Source: an uncultured cyanobacterium (GTDB lineage Bacteria > Cyanobacteriota > Cyanobacteriia > Cyanobacteriales > Nostocaceae). Taken from it: 64,000 nt of DNA. Shown here in pieces: positions 1-9,982 of the stretch; the first letter of the stretch is position 1; every line of letters begins with the position of its first letter. Below the pieces are notes generated by a model. That model made no database searches, was not told the origin of the DNA, and saw only the letters and a program-made list of their open reading frames with translations. The DNA is taken from the NCBI GenBank assembly GCA_963740315.1, contig CAVUDP010000002.1, positions 3,904,001 to 3,968,000 of the forward strand, read 5' to 3'. Made by a program: the position numbers and the translations under genes.

Positions 1-140
1 ACATAAGCCCCAACAGACTTCCCTTGTAGATTAATTTGCAACATAGTAACTAGTGCAAATGAATCTTCTAAGGGTGTAAGACGAAGTTTACTTTCTCCAT
101 TGTTAACAATTCGTTTACCAATTTTTGATTTGGAATTCAC
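1..140 (-). CDS. N-terminus of a VirB4-like conjugative ATPase (continues beyond window start)
   Basis: GTG at 140 overlaps the stop of 137..469 (GTGA). Translation MNSKSKIGKR...TPLEDSFALVTMLQINLQGKSVGAY aligns with IPFENELDLCCMVRIERDNRKVGAF of the VirB4-like ORF at 20868, with the same upstream gene order. Confidence 0.7.
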   Translation of the reverse strand, partial: MNSKSKIGKRIVNNGESKLRLTPLEDSFALVTMLQINLQGKSVGAY

Positions 141-469
141 CTGTGGAACTTACTATTTTTTGATTTTTCTATTTGTTTGGAATTCATAACTGGTTTGTAC
201 AAACAACGTACTCTTGTCCAGTTGGGAGTTGCTACAAATTTGGACAAAATCCGCCAAGCGCCATTGGCAGTAAGAACCCACCACGTTGCAATTCCCCAAG
301 CTGCGATAGAACAAGTCCAAACCCAATTTAATCTCAATAAACCGTGAGCAAAATAATAAGAAACACCACTAATAATTGCCCAAGGAATTAATTGGTCTGC
401 TGGAAATGGACCAATTGATGGTTGTTTGCCTAGAGTCCCATTTACTTTACGATACTTTTTATCCTCCAT
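137..469 (-). CDS. Small membrane T4SS component preceding VirB4 (VirB3-like position, cyanobacterial MPF type)
   Basis: Paralogue of 20530..20868 (KVNxxLGKQxxxGPxPAxQxxPW); two hydrophobic segments; directly upstream of the VirB4-like gene. Confidence 0.65.
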   Translation of the reverse strand: MEDKKYRKVNGTLGKQPSIGPFPADQLIPWAIISGVSYYFAHGLLRLNWVWTCSIAAWGIATWWVLTANGAWRILSKFVATPNWTRVRCLYKPVMNSKQIEKSKNSKFHR

Positions 470-638
470 ATCTTATCTGTTCTCCTTTAAAATCTAATTT
501 GGTTAGGCAGGGGGCAGGGTGCAGGGAAAAAAAAGAAGATGAAAGCAGACTTTTATTAGATGCCGCAGGAGGGCGAAGAACACAGATAAAAAATATTTCT
601 TTTCCCCCTTGCTCCCTGCCCCCTGCTCCCTTGCCTCT

Positions 639-1220
639 TTATCCTCCAGCACCTCCACCTGCTCCTCCAATAATCAAATTAGTGAGAATATCCCCTACTG
701 TTACTGCAATCAAAATAATCATTGGTGTTCTCGCTAAATTTTGCCAATCTTCATCATTGCGGGCAGCTTGAATCACCTTTACCAAAGAGATTCCCAGATA
801 AAGGATGAACAACCCTCTAAGTACATTGAACGATAAAACAATTGCTTCATCTGCACCTGCAAACTGTCCGCTCATCCAGGTTTCTGCATTTTGGAAAAAC
901 TGTGCTTGCACAGGAGTTGAGAGAGCGTCTAACAGTAGAAATGTGCCTAGAACCGTAAGTGCAGACGAAGTTACCTTATATCGTTTAGAAAACTTTGTAA
1001 CTCTCTCAAATAAAGCATCTAAATACTGTCGCCAAGTAATTGCAACTGCTCCAGATACCAAAAAGATTGTCGTAGTAAAGCTAATCAAACTCGGACAAAT
1101 AATTGAATCTAGACATGAAACAAATAAACCAGTTCGTATTATCAAAGAGGAACTAATCAAATATTTTCTGCAATAGCTTCCTTGGCGCGGTTCAAAAAAT
1201 TTAGACGCTTTAAAAAGCAT
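639..1220 (-). CDS. Pilin-like/VirB2-position membrane protein of cyanobacterial T4SS
   Basis: Paralogue of 19843..20496 (PxxAxF...AIxLxFNxxRGxF...DWxxxA, Gly-rich tail); AxA processing-like motif followed by two TM helices. Confidence 0.55.
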   Translation of the reverse strand: MLFKASKFFEPRQGSYCRKYLISSSLIIRTGLFVSCLDSIICPSLISFTTTIFLVSGAVAITWRQYLDALFERVTKFSKRYKVTSSALTVLGTFLLLDALSTPVQAQFFQNAETWMSGQFAGADEAIVLSFNVLRGLFILYLGISLVKVIQAARNDEDWQNLARTPMIILIAVTVGDILTNLIIGGAGGGAGG

Positions 1221-1539
1221 AAAAAATAGAGCAACATATTGTTTTCTATTTACTTGATAACTCTAAGAGTATCTTAATTTCATCATCCGATTGTTAGAGA
1301 TGTTACTCGTATTTTTATTTACGAAAATAATATATTTTTTAGTCAAATTAATAACTTCTATTTTGTGTATAGATGACTAAAAAATCTTTATTATGTATAT
1401 TTTATTTCTTTAGTCAGCGTATTAATGTGTAATTCTGAGATTATAAATTACAATTTAGCTTCCGTAGTACACGTAGAAAATAATTTAATCTTATATGTTG
1501 ATAATTTTGATAATTTTTACTCTCATGCATCAAAAAATT

Positions 1540-1582
1540 AGGTGCTAGGGGAGTAGATGGTGATAAATTTCCCCTAGCACCT
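1540..1582. terminator. 13-bp stem hairpin downstream of dnaB, possible terminator
   Basis: AGGTGCTAGGGGA ... TCCCCTAGCACCT. Confidence 0.45.
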
Positions 1583-1607
1583 TTATCTATTTGGCTACGC
1601 GCTGTAA

Positions 1608-2954
1608 TTATTTTCTTATATTCCTGACAATAGAATAAGCTGTATCCATTAAAAGGACTGCGGTTCCCGTTTCACCATGTCGCGCTTTAGCAACGATTAA
1701 TTCTAAAATGCCTTTATCAACTGTTTCCCGATGATAATACTCATCTCGATAAAGAAGAATAACGTTGTCTGCTACCATTTCCAAAACTCCTGATTGGCTT
1801 AGGTCACTCATTATTGGACGTTTATTATTCCTTCCTTCTACTCCCCTCGAAATCTGCGACAGCGCTAAAACTGGCACATCCAACTCACTTGCCATTTTGT
1901 ATAATCCTCGTGCAACATCACCAAGTTCATAGCTACGATTTCCTTGGGTATCGGGAGCCATCATTTGTAAATAATCAACAATTACTAATCCTAGTCTTCC
2001 TTCTCTAGCTTGAATCTGACGACATTCTGAAGTAATTCCTGCAACTGTTATTCCTCGACTGTCATTAATGTAAAGTGGTAAATCGCCTGAAACGCTAGCA
2101 ATTTTCGCAATACTTGCGAATTCTTTATCAGATAGGGGATTGAAGCCAGAACGATGACGACGTACTCTATCAAGACCTATAGGTTTTGTTAATAGTGATT
2201 CGTATTCTTTATGAACGCTAATCGTACTCCATAGTCGATATTCAAGCTGCATTTTCGACATTTCCAAGGAGAAGATAACTACTGGCAAGTTATAATTCTG
2301 TATCGTTCCCAATGCCAGATTCATTGCAATCATTGACTTACCCATTGATGGGCGACCAGCAACAATGTTTAATGTACCTGGTTCAAACCCAATAATTAAT
2401 TTATCAAGTTCTTTTAATCCTGTTGGGTAAATTGGTTTGTTTAATTCTAAGTCCGTGTATGCATAATATGCTATAGCGCTATTATGTTGGGTATTTGTGT
2501 GAAATTGCTCGTTGGATACTTGATACAGTTTTCGTTGCGAAGCTTCAATAATTTCAGGTAAATCTATCTGTGTTTGGTGAGCTAGTTCATTTATTTCATA
2601 ACTTACGCTAATCAACCTACGTCGAATGTATTTTTGCATTACCAGTTCTGCAAGTGCATCTATGTTTACGGCAGAAACTGTACGTTCAAGTAGCGATACC
2701 AGTTTATTTCTGCCGCCAATTTTCATGAGTAAGTCATGGTCTTTTAGCCAATCTATGACTGTCAGCAAATCTGTAGGCTTCCCATTATGGTGCAGTCGTA
2801 GTAAAGCTTGATAAATTTCATTGTGTGAAGAAATATAAAAAGCATCAGGTACTAAATAATCACATACCCGACTTATAGCTAAGGGGTCAAGCAAAATCCC
2901 TCCAAGAATTGCTTCTTCTGCTTCAATATTCGTTGGTGGTAGTTTGTCTATCAT
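1608..2954 (-). CDS. dnaB: Replicative DNA helicase, element-encoded
   Basis: PPTNIEAEEAILG N-terminus, Walker A GRPSMGKS, FSLEM, IVDYLQ, LSQISRGVEGR, KARHGETG. Confidence 0.93.
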   Translation of the reverse strand: MIDKLPPTNIEAEEAILGGILLDPLAISRVCDYLVPDAFYISSHNEIYQALLRLHHNGKPTDLLTVIDWLKDHDLLMKIGGRNKLVSLLERTVSAVNIDALAELVMQKYIRRRLISVSYEINELAHQTQIDLPEIIEASQRKLYQVSNEQFHTNTQHNSAIAYYAYTDLELNKPIYPTGLKELDKLIIGFEPGTLNIVAGRPSMGKSMIAMNLALGTIQNYNLPVVIFSLEMSKMQLEYRLWSTISVHKEYESLLTKPIGLDRVRRHRSGFNPLSDKEFASIAKIASVSGDLPLYINDSRGITVAGITSECRQIQAREGRLGLVIVDYLQMMAPDTQGNRSYELGDVARGLYKMASELDVPVLALSQISRGVEGRNNKRPIMSDLSQSGVLEMVADNVILLYRDEYYHRETVDKGILELIVAKARHGETGTAVLLMDTAYSIVRNIRK

Positions 2955-2968
2955 TATTGCTCCTACGG

Positions 2969-3739
2969 TTATTGCTGAATAAGGTTTTCGGCAAGTTTCT
3001 GTTTAGCTCTTAATTCTTCTTGCCATTCTTCAACTGCCTTTTGGTACTCAACTTTAGTGGACTTGTGGGCTGCACTGTCTAGAAAATTTTGATAATAGAC
3101 TTCCCATCTGTTCTGTCCGGCTTTATTTTTATGTGCCAACCATGCTTCCAGGTCATTTATTTCTTGGCTAAGATTCTTCGTCTTATCTCGACAATATTCT
3201 AAAAAATTCGCTCGCTCATTATCTGAGAGAGTTTGAATAAAGTTTGAATAAGTCTGAATAGTCTGAGGGGTGCTGTCATCTTTATCTGGAGCGCATTTCG
3301 GAGTTCGATTTTCTGGAATTCCAGAATTTTTTCTGGGATTCCGTAATTTTTTCTGAGATTCCAGATTATTTTCTGAATTCTCAGAATTTTTTCTGGATTC
3401 CCAGAAGTTTTCCGAATTGTCAGAATCTTCTCGTTGTTGAGAATCGACCCATTCGATAGTAAACTTTCCTGAATTTATATGAATTGCCTTACTTATCTTA
3501 AGTTTCCCAATCGCTTCATAGACACTACTTTCTGGAAGAAACCAGCGTTTCGCAAACTCTTTGGGGATAATTGTAAGAGCGCGATCGCAAAATGGATTTT
3601 CATATCGGAGCGCTAAATGAACGAAAGCTGTATTGTTGATTAGCTTGGCTTTACGCAAAGCAATCAACTCATGTTTTTGTAAAGGATAAAATTCTCCCAT
3701 TACTTTACCTCGCTTGTCTCTTATGGGTTTGGGTATCAT
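2969..3739 (-). CDS. Putative phage-type replication initiator (helicase-coupled)
   Basis: Directly upstream of dnaB; N-terminal HTH-like segment; internal iteron array; motif QTYSxFIQTLSxxERxNFLE shared with 37495..38418. Confidence 0.6.
   Translation of the reverse strand: MIPKPIRDKRGKVMGEFYPLQKHELIALRKAKLINNTAFVHLALRYENPFCDRALTIIPKEFAKRWFLPESSVYEAIGKLKISKAIHINSGKFTIEWVDSQQREDSDNSENFWESRKNSENSENNLESQKKLRNPRKNSGIPENRTPKCAPDKDDSTPQTIQTYSNFIQTLSDNERANFLEYCRDKTKNLSQEINDLEAWLAHKNKAGQNRWEVYYQNFLDSAAHKSTKVEYQKAVEEWQEELRAKQKLAENLIQQ
3311..3425. repeat. Six palindromic 16-mers at ~20-bp period (candidate iterons/origin)
   Basis: TTCTGGAATTCCAGAA, TTCTGGGATTCCGTAA, TTCTGAGATTCCAGAT, TTCTGAATTCTCAGAA, TTCTGGATTCCCAGAA, TTCCGAATTGTCAGAA at 3311, 3331, 3351, 3371, 3391, 3410. 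Confidence 0.75.
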
Positions 3740-4479
3740 GACTTTACTTTCTCAAAACTAGAACAAGAAAGATGCAGATTAATTAATTTTAAAATCCAAT
3801 GAGTTTGGAGTGTCCAAAACGCAAACTATGCTTTGTGATGCGGAAAAAATAGTTACATCAAGCACAACATGAATTCTTCTTGCCAATTTATCGTACTTAT
3901 TTTTTAGAACTTCAAACGCATTTAAAGGGTCAATTATGCGAAATTTACAAAGACAAAAAGGACTATGAAAGCAATCATTCTACTATCGCTCATGCTTGTA
4001 CACGGCGGACTAGGGAAAAAAGAGCTAACGCATAGTTAAGCATCTTTGAGTATGCGAATGCTTTTCTAAAGCTAAACGAAAATTATCGAAAAGACAACAT
4101 TTATATCTCAAATACTTACTTTGTAAGCTCGATTATATGTAAATCCGTAAATTAATTAAAATTCTGTGTTCGGGTATTACTAGTATTTTTATACACTGCG
4201 ACATCTATGTCTGTTAATAAGAGTATTTTTGTATAATCTTGATGCATAGAGATTTATTCTAAATTATCTATATCATAACTGCGTGCTTTCTTAATTAATC
4301 TCAGACAAATATGATACAGCTTGATATTAGCTATTAATTCTTTCTAGAATAAATAATTGTCAAAATATAGATAAATATGTATAAATAGTTCAAAGTGTTG
4401 GATTTCTCCCCAAAGTTCGCTTTTGAAGTTCAAAATCTCCAAATATGTCCAAAGTCAATTGCGCCAAATTTGACGGGCA

Positions 4480-4518
4480 CCCATGAAAGTTTTTTCCTCC
4501 TGAAAAAACTTTCATGGG
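4480..4518. repeat. Perfect 17-bp inverted repeat
   Basis: CCCATGAAAGTTTTTTC-ctcct-GAAAAAACTTTCATGGG. Confidence 0.8.
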
Positions 4519-4878
4519 AACCTTTGACGAAGGAAATAGCGATTAAAGTGAGAACTTTTTTCGGTTTTAAAGACTTCAGAATTACGCTTAACGTGAATTA
4601 AAAATGCATCTAATCCTACAAGGGTTTTGAAGCCTACTTTAATCTCGATGTTGAGATTATCGACGTAATAATAGTGGTTTCACGACTTAATTCACATTGG
4701 ATGTGACGGGTACCCATGACGAAGGCTTTTTCTTCAATTTTTTGATTTAGACCCCGCCATAGACAACTAATTATTTTGATGGTGGCAATCTTCAGTTTGG
4801 GCTTGCAAACTCTCTTGGGTGAATCTTGTCTTGCCTTCATTTTTTAAATTAGAACTTACTTAAAAGGAGATTATAGAC

Positions 4879-5175
4879 GTGAAAAATGCTCCCAAAAGAA
4901 TCATATTGCAACATTATCAGTTAGTTAATAAACAAGTCGCAGCAGAAATGACTGGCTTATCTCCCCAAACTTTGAAAAAGTATAGACTTGAAGGAATACT
5001 TGAAAAAGATATCTATTGGGTAATGATTAATCCAAGAGTGATTAGATATAACATTTCACTTATACTTGATTGGATGCAAAACAAAGATACCAATCCTCAA
5101 GCGCATTTAAAAGCGATTGAAAACTATTTATCTTCTCTTCCATCTGCACAAAATAAGTCACGGGCAAAACGTTGA
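4879..5175 (+). CDS. Excisionase-like HTH protein
   Basis: Small basic winged-HTH pattern (TLKKYRL.G...W...N.R.IRYN..LI.DW); paralogue of 18266..18529, which lies next to the integrase; AAGGAG RBS. Confidence 0.7.
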   Translation: MKNAPKRIILQHYQLVNKQVAAEMTGLSPQTLKKYRLEGILEKDIYWVMINPRVIRYNISLILDWMQNKDTNPQAHLKAIENYLSSLPSAQNKSRAKR

Positions 5176-5227
5176 AAAATTTACTTAAAGAATCAATAAT
5201 TATATAGGTAGTCGTAAAACTGCCAGT

Positions 5228-6037
5228 ATGTCTCGTCCAGCTTTTTCTATTTTTGCCCAGCAATATCTCTTGGCTCTACTCAATGGTTTTGGAACTGTTT
5301 ACCTAAACGAACCAATCCCCCGAGATGCGAATTTGAGAATTTTTAAACTCCCATCTCGATTCAACTGGGGAACTGAGTATTTGAAGGAAATTACTCACGG
5401 TGATAATCGGGTGATGATTAGCCCAGAAGTGATTGGAGAAGCGGAATTGGTAGATATTCTGTTTGAACCCAACTCCCAAAAATCTCGAACATCTTTAGGA
5501 CTATTAGGAGATTTCTTATCAGTTCCGTGTATTATTGAAATTCTGCGTTGGGCACCAAATGCATGGGAGCTAGAGGATTGTTTGCGCCATTGGTTAACCT
5601 GGAAAAGTGAAGCCAGTAAAAGCATTATGAGTGCAAATGAAACGAGTGTCGGTACTTCAGAAGCGTGCAGCGATGGTTCGGATGAAATTGACAAAACTCT
5701 ACTTATTATTGTGCCTTCAATTGCTTCCCAACATCTCCAAGGATTTGCAGCGAGTCGGGACATGAATATTTCAGGTATTTACTATTTCGCACCAGCTTTT
5801 TGTACAACTATTGTTGTAACTAGCGAACTTCCCCAAAATATTTCAACACTCTGGCTCAGACTTTTAGGACGCGGACCAACTCAACGAGCGGCAATAATGG
5901 AATTTAATGCTTTAGATGATAATCATCCACACTGCGCTGTAGTTCGACGACAATTACGTGAATGGTATCAACTTTTATCTAATAGCCAAATGTTCAAGGA
6001 AAGTAAACTACTGATGCAAACATTAGCCAGTATTTAA
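5228..6037 (+). CDS. Diverged cyanobacterial Rpn-like/PD-(D/E)XK-related protein
   Basis: Motifs FAQQYL, VDILFEP, LGLLG, IVVxxELP, TLWLRLLGRG resemble a multi-copy cyanobacterial family. Confidence 0.5.
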   Translation: MSRPAFSIFAQQYLLALLNGFGTVYLNEPIPRDANLRIFKLPSRFNWGTEYLKEITHGDNRVMISPEVIGEAELVDILFEPNSQKSRTSLGLLGDFLSVPCIIEILRWAPNAWELEDCLRHWLTWKSEASKSIMSANETSVGTSEACSDGSDEIDKTLLIIVPSIASQHLQGFAASRDMNISGIYYFAPAFCTTIVVTSELPQNISTLWLRLLGRGPTQRAAIMEFNALDDNHPHCAVVRRQLREWYQLLSNSQMFKESKLLMQTLASI

Positions 6038-6689
6038 AATTTAGCCGTTTCAATAAGTTGCTTGTAAAATTTTCTTTTCTTGCCACTTAGAGCGCTTCAG
6101 AAACTGTAATCAAAATATTAAAACGCACCGGAGCATCGCCCAGCAGATTTTAGTGGAGTTTATGTCTATGAAGACGATTGAATATGGTGTTGGTAAACCA
6201 AAGTTTTAAAAAGTACGCTCAAAGCATTAGGCGCAGCGAAGAACTAATGAACTACCCACGCTTATATAGTTGTAAATTTTATAGGCAAATATTACATCGA
6301 CTATAAAATTTATTTGTGAGGAGTAATCTTCACTGGATGAACTACAACACCCTGTATCCCCTCCGCAAAAGCATTGGGGACTACCTTTCTAATAATGTTG
6401 CCACTACCATTACAATCAGCATTTATTAATATTCCTGACTGACTACGAAACAATCCGCGTTTAACTCTTTTGCCTTTATAAACAGAAAGTTTACATAAAG
6501 GTTCCGAATCAATAAACGAACATTTGGAAGTATAACTTTCCTCTGTAATAATCACTTTTATTCCGATTAATTCTGCTTTGTATTTAAGCATTGAAATAAA
6601 TCGGTTAAAAGGTATTGAAACCAAATTTTGGTTGTTACGTTTACCAAGATTAATCGATTGTTTCCACTTATCGTTATGACCAATTACTA

Positions 6690-7979
6690 GTACAAAACGG
6701 CGTAAATTAGGTTAGGGTAAAAATGATGGAAATAAGCCAAAATACTTATGCCTTGTCAGCCTCTAACAGTAACTTTGAGTGATACAGACCAAGAAGCCCT
6801 GGAAAAATTAGCGAATCGACCCAGCACATCGCAGCAAATAGCGCAACGTGCGCGAATTGTACTGGAAGCCTCAGTTGGCAAGAATAATGCCGAAATTGCC
6901 CTGATGCTTGGTGTCAGTATAAAGATGGTACGACAATGGAGACGACGTTGGGTTCATAGCAGTGAACAATCTAAACCACTAACACAGAGATTGCAAGATA
7001 ACTCACGTCCTGGGGCACCATTAAAATTTACACTAGAACAACAAGTTGAATGTATGGCGATCGCCTGCCGCGATCCGATGGAATATAATCTTCCCATAAG
7101 TCATTGGAGCGTTCGTGAACTAGCGGATGAATTGAAAAAGCAGAACATTGTAGAACAGATATCACCTCGCCAAGTCGGACGATGGTTAGCTGAGGCAGAA
7201 CTCAAACCACACCAGTCTCGTTACTGGCTTTTTCCCCCCGCATGACCCTGAGTTTGAAGTCAAAGTAGAAGATATTAGTCAACATTATCTGAGCGCCCCG
7301 GTAAGAGCCGAACTCGGAGAGCGTACCATTAGTATCGATGAAATGACGGGTATTCAAGCACTTGAACGGGCTTTACCTAATCTACCGATGCGACCAGGAA
7401 AAGTCGAACGTCGAGAATTTGAGTATAAAAGGCACGGAACGCAAACCTTGATTGCAAATTTTGATATTGTAACAGGTCAAATTGTTACTCCTACCATTGA
7501 CCATCACAGGACTGAAGCCGATTTTGAGGCGCATTGCCAACGCTTGATTGGTTCTGATCCAAATGCCAATAAGTGGCATTTAATTATGGATTGTCTAAAT
7601 ATTCACCAATCGGAATCTTTAGTACGATGGATTGCTCATGAGGAAGGAATTCCCCAAGACAATTTAGGCGTTAAGGGCAAGTCTGGTATCCTTAAATCGA
7701 TCAAAACTCGCGCCCACTTTCTTGCAAATCCCAAACACAAAATTGTTTTTCATTTTACTCCAAAGCACTGTTCATGGCTTAATCAAGTCGAAATTTGGTT
7801 TAGCATTTTAACACGCAAACTTTTACGAAGAGGCAGTTTTTCCTCCCAGATGGATCTCAAACAGCAGATATTAAATTTTATTGACTACTTCAACCAAAAA
7901 TTAGCTCGTCCTTTCCAATGGACTTTTAAGGGTAAGCTTTTAGCAGTATAACCCTATCTAAATTTACGCCGTGCTGTAC
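6690..7979 (+). mobile_element. IS630-family insertion sequence
   Basis: Imperfect terminal IRs GTACAAAACGGCGTAAATTAGGTTAGGGT / ACCCTATCTAAATTTACGCCGTGCTGTAC; TA duplicated in a CTAG target. Confidence 0.92.
6748..7951 (+). CDS. IS630 transposase (HTH ORF plus DDE ORF, joined by a +1 frame change at TTTTTCCCCCC ~7229-7239)
   Basis: HTH (RARIVL...WRRRW, RPGAP); [18 protein letters not shown] and [13 protein letters not shown] motifs. Confidence 0.88.
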
Positions 7980-8944
7980 TAGTGTCCCAATTTGGTTTGC
8001 TGCCAAGTAATCAATAACTAAACGACTTGCTTTATGAAGATAATCATCAATCTTGAAGTTTCTTTTACTTGTGATTTTTTTTATAGTTGATGATGTTTTT
8101 TGTTTCCGAGGTAATAGAGATTGGACTCCAGAACGTTTTTTGTGGTAATAAGCATTGATTTTCTTTAATGGTCTACCATTAACTAAAAGAGGTTGAAAGC
8201 CTTTTACGTTAGATGTTACAGCTGCTAAGTTGTTTAAGCCAATATCAATTCCAGCTACCGAGTCGGTTGAATTGTTTGTTGAAATTTCTTGTTTAGCATA
8301 GATAATTTCAAATACGAAATGGTCAGATTTAGGAACTAATCTTACTTGAGAAATATGATTAACTTTCGTCTTGATTAATAAGCTAGTTTTAGATGGATTA
8401 ATAATTAATTTTTTCAGATATTTTTTGCTAATTGCTTGAACCGTATAGGTACAAGGAAAACGCCCAAAAGTCTTATGAAGATATTTCGGTATACCTGGCG
8501 GACTAAAAAATTTTTTTGGATTTTCTCTATATGACTGTATTGAACTAAAAAACCCTTGCCATGCTTCATGTAATCTGATTAAAACCTGTTGCGATACTTT
8601 GGCTGGTAATGCTTTATAATCAACTGTATCCTGACAGAGTTTTTGAATTACATTGTATGATAAATATTTTTTCTCGAAAATAAAGCTTTGTCTAATTAAA
8701 TAGTTGGCATAATTATAAAGATTCTTAGCTTTGAAGCACAAATTGTCTATTTCTTTAAAATAGATATGATTTTTACTAATTATGTGCCTTTCTACTAGAA
8801 GCATTTATCAGTTGGGTATATTTTTCCTAAAAGAATAATACCATTGTTCACTTTACTCTACAATCTCAGTAATATATGTTAATATTCGTAATTATTTGCA
8901 CATATTTACGGCAAACTGTTACGATACCAGATTTAATAAAAGCT

Positions 8945-9982
8945 TTACTTACTATAAACTTCCGGAGCAATAATTTTAGCTTCCTTATCGCTAAGGTAAA
9001 ATTTTGTCACTGGCACCCCTGACTCTTCACATCGCAACGGTTCAATAATTTTCAAGTAAGGATTCCAAACTGCAATTACTCCCCGTTTTGCTTTTTTTCT
9101 AATCAGTTCGCATTCGATATGAACTGTTTGCAATAAAATCACTAAAGTACTATGTAATTGCGCTGTGACGCTCAAGGAATATCGCTCGTGCAAATCAGTT
9201 AATTTTCGCTTCAATTCCAGTTGAGTTGCTTGAATCCGAGCTAATTCTTTATCCTTTGCTTCTCCTTCTAAACTCTTCTTCTTAATTTTGGCTCTAATCT
9301 CAGAAACAATTGTGTTGTAATAACTTTTAATTCTTTCTTCGTCTCTACCTAATTTACGCGACAAGCTTTTACGCCAAGGTGTAATTTCTGTATCAATTAA
9401 TTTCGATGCATGGGAGTTAGCAGTATTTAATAATGGTTCAAAGTTAATATGCTCCAGATTTGATGCATCTTTCAAACATATTTGGTCAGATTTCCATGAC
9501 AGTGCATCACCAATTTCTACGCCGGGAATACCCGTCAGACCATTAACAAAAAACGATATCATTCCCAACCGCTTTTCGTCTGCACTCGCGGTATAGGATA
9601 TATTAAATAATATGTAGGGAGTTCGCGCTTCAAAAGATTTACCGACGCGAATTAAACCATTCTGTGGACATAAAAAATCGCTAATTTTCTTCTCAAAGCC
9701 TGTAGTTTTAAGATAGCCATCATACTTAATAGCTAATGCGGCTGCATAACCTTGAAAATCAAGTAACCCAGAAAATTTATCAAATATTTCTGAATTATAG
9801 GTAACAAAATAGCTGTCGTTTACATCTGCTCTGGTGCTAAAACTAATAGAATCAGATACATCTAAAGAGCTAGCAATATCTACTGGCAGCAATGCTTCTA
9901 AAGTATCATCATTCGTATATTCTGCAACCCCAGATTTTAAACTAATTACTTGGTTGATAGCATCAAGAAGTTGATTTTTCAT
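8945..9982 (-). CDS. YqhG-like partner of the SNF2 helicase
   Basis: Overlaps the helicase stop (ATGA); C-terminal coiled coil with RDEERIKSYY and WNP motifs; arrangement resembles Bacillus yqhH-yqhG. Confidence 0.5.
   Translation of the reverse strand: MKNQLLDAINQVISLKSGVAEYTNDDTLEALLPVDIASSLDVSDSISFSTRADVNDSYFVTYNSEIFDKFSGLLDFQGYAAALAIKYDGYLKTTGFEKKISDFLCPQNGLIRVGKSFEARTPYILFNISYTASADEKRLGMISFFVNGLTGIPGVEIGDALSWKSDQICLKDASNLEHINFEPLLNTANSHASKLIDTEITPWRKSLSRKLGRDEERIKSYYNTIVSEIRAKIKKKSLEGEAKDKELARIQATQLELKRKLTDLHERYSLSVTAQLHSTLVILLQTVHIECELIRKKAKRGVIAVWNPYLKIIEPLRCEESGVPVTKFYLSDKEAKIIAPEVYSK

Larger units (their letters stand above)
6310..8804 (-). pseudogene. tnpB: IS200/IS605-group TnpB (RNA-guided nuclease) split by an IS630 insertion
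   Basis: N part has GIDIGLNNL (RuvC-I) and DYLHKASR; C part has EESYTSKC and NADCNGSGNI. Removing the IS and one TA restores ...QIGTLVIGHNDKWKQSINLGKRNNQNLVSIPF... Confidence 0.9.

Noticed and set aside
376..1176. Plus-strand ORFs 376..771 and 805..1176
   Set aside because: Antisense to T4SS genes and run through a G/C-rich repeat hairpin (~505-635).
1608..2954. Intein in either dnaB
   Set aside because: Both DnaB proteins are 448 aa with contiguous motifs and no intein-sized insertion.
4395..4840. ORFs 4395..4601 and 4634..4840
   Set aside because: Short, no recognisable motifs, and overlap repeat/att-like DNA.
6310..8804. Cas12/type V CRISPR effector
   Set aside because: About 400 aa with typical TnpB motifs; no array or cas1/cas2 nearby.
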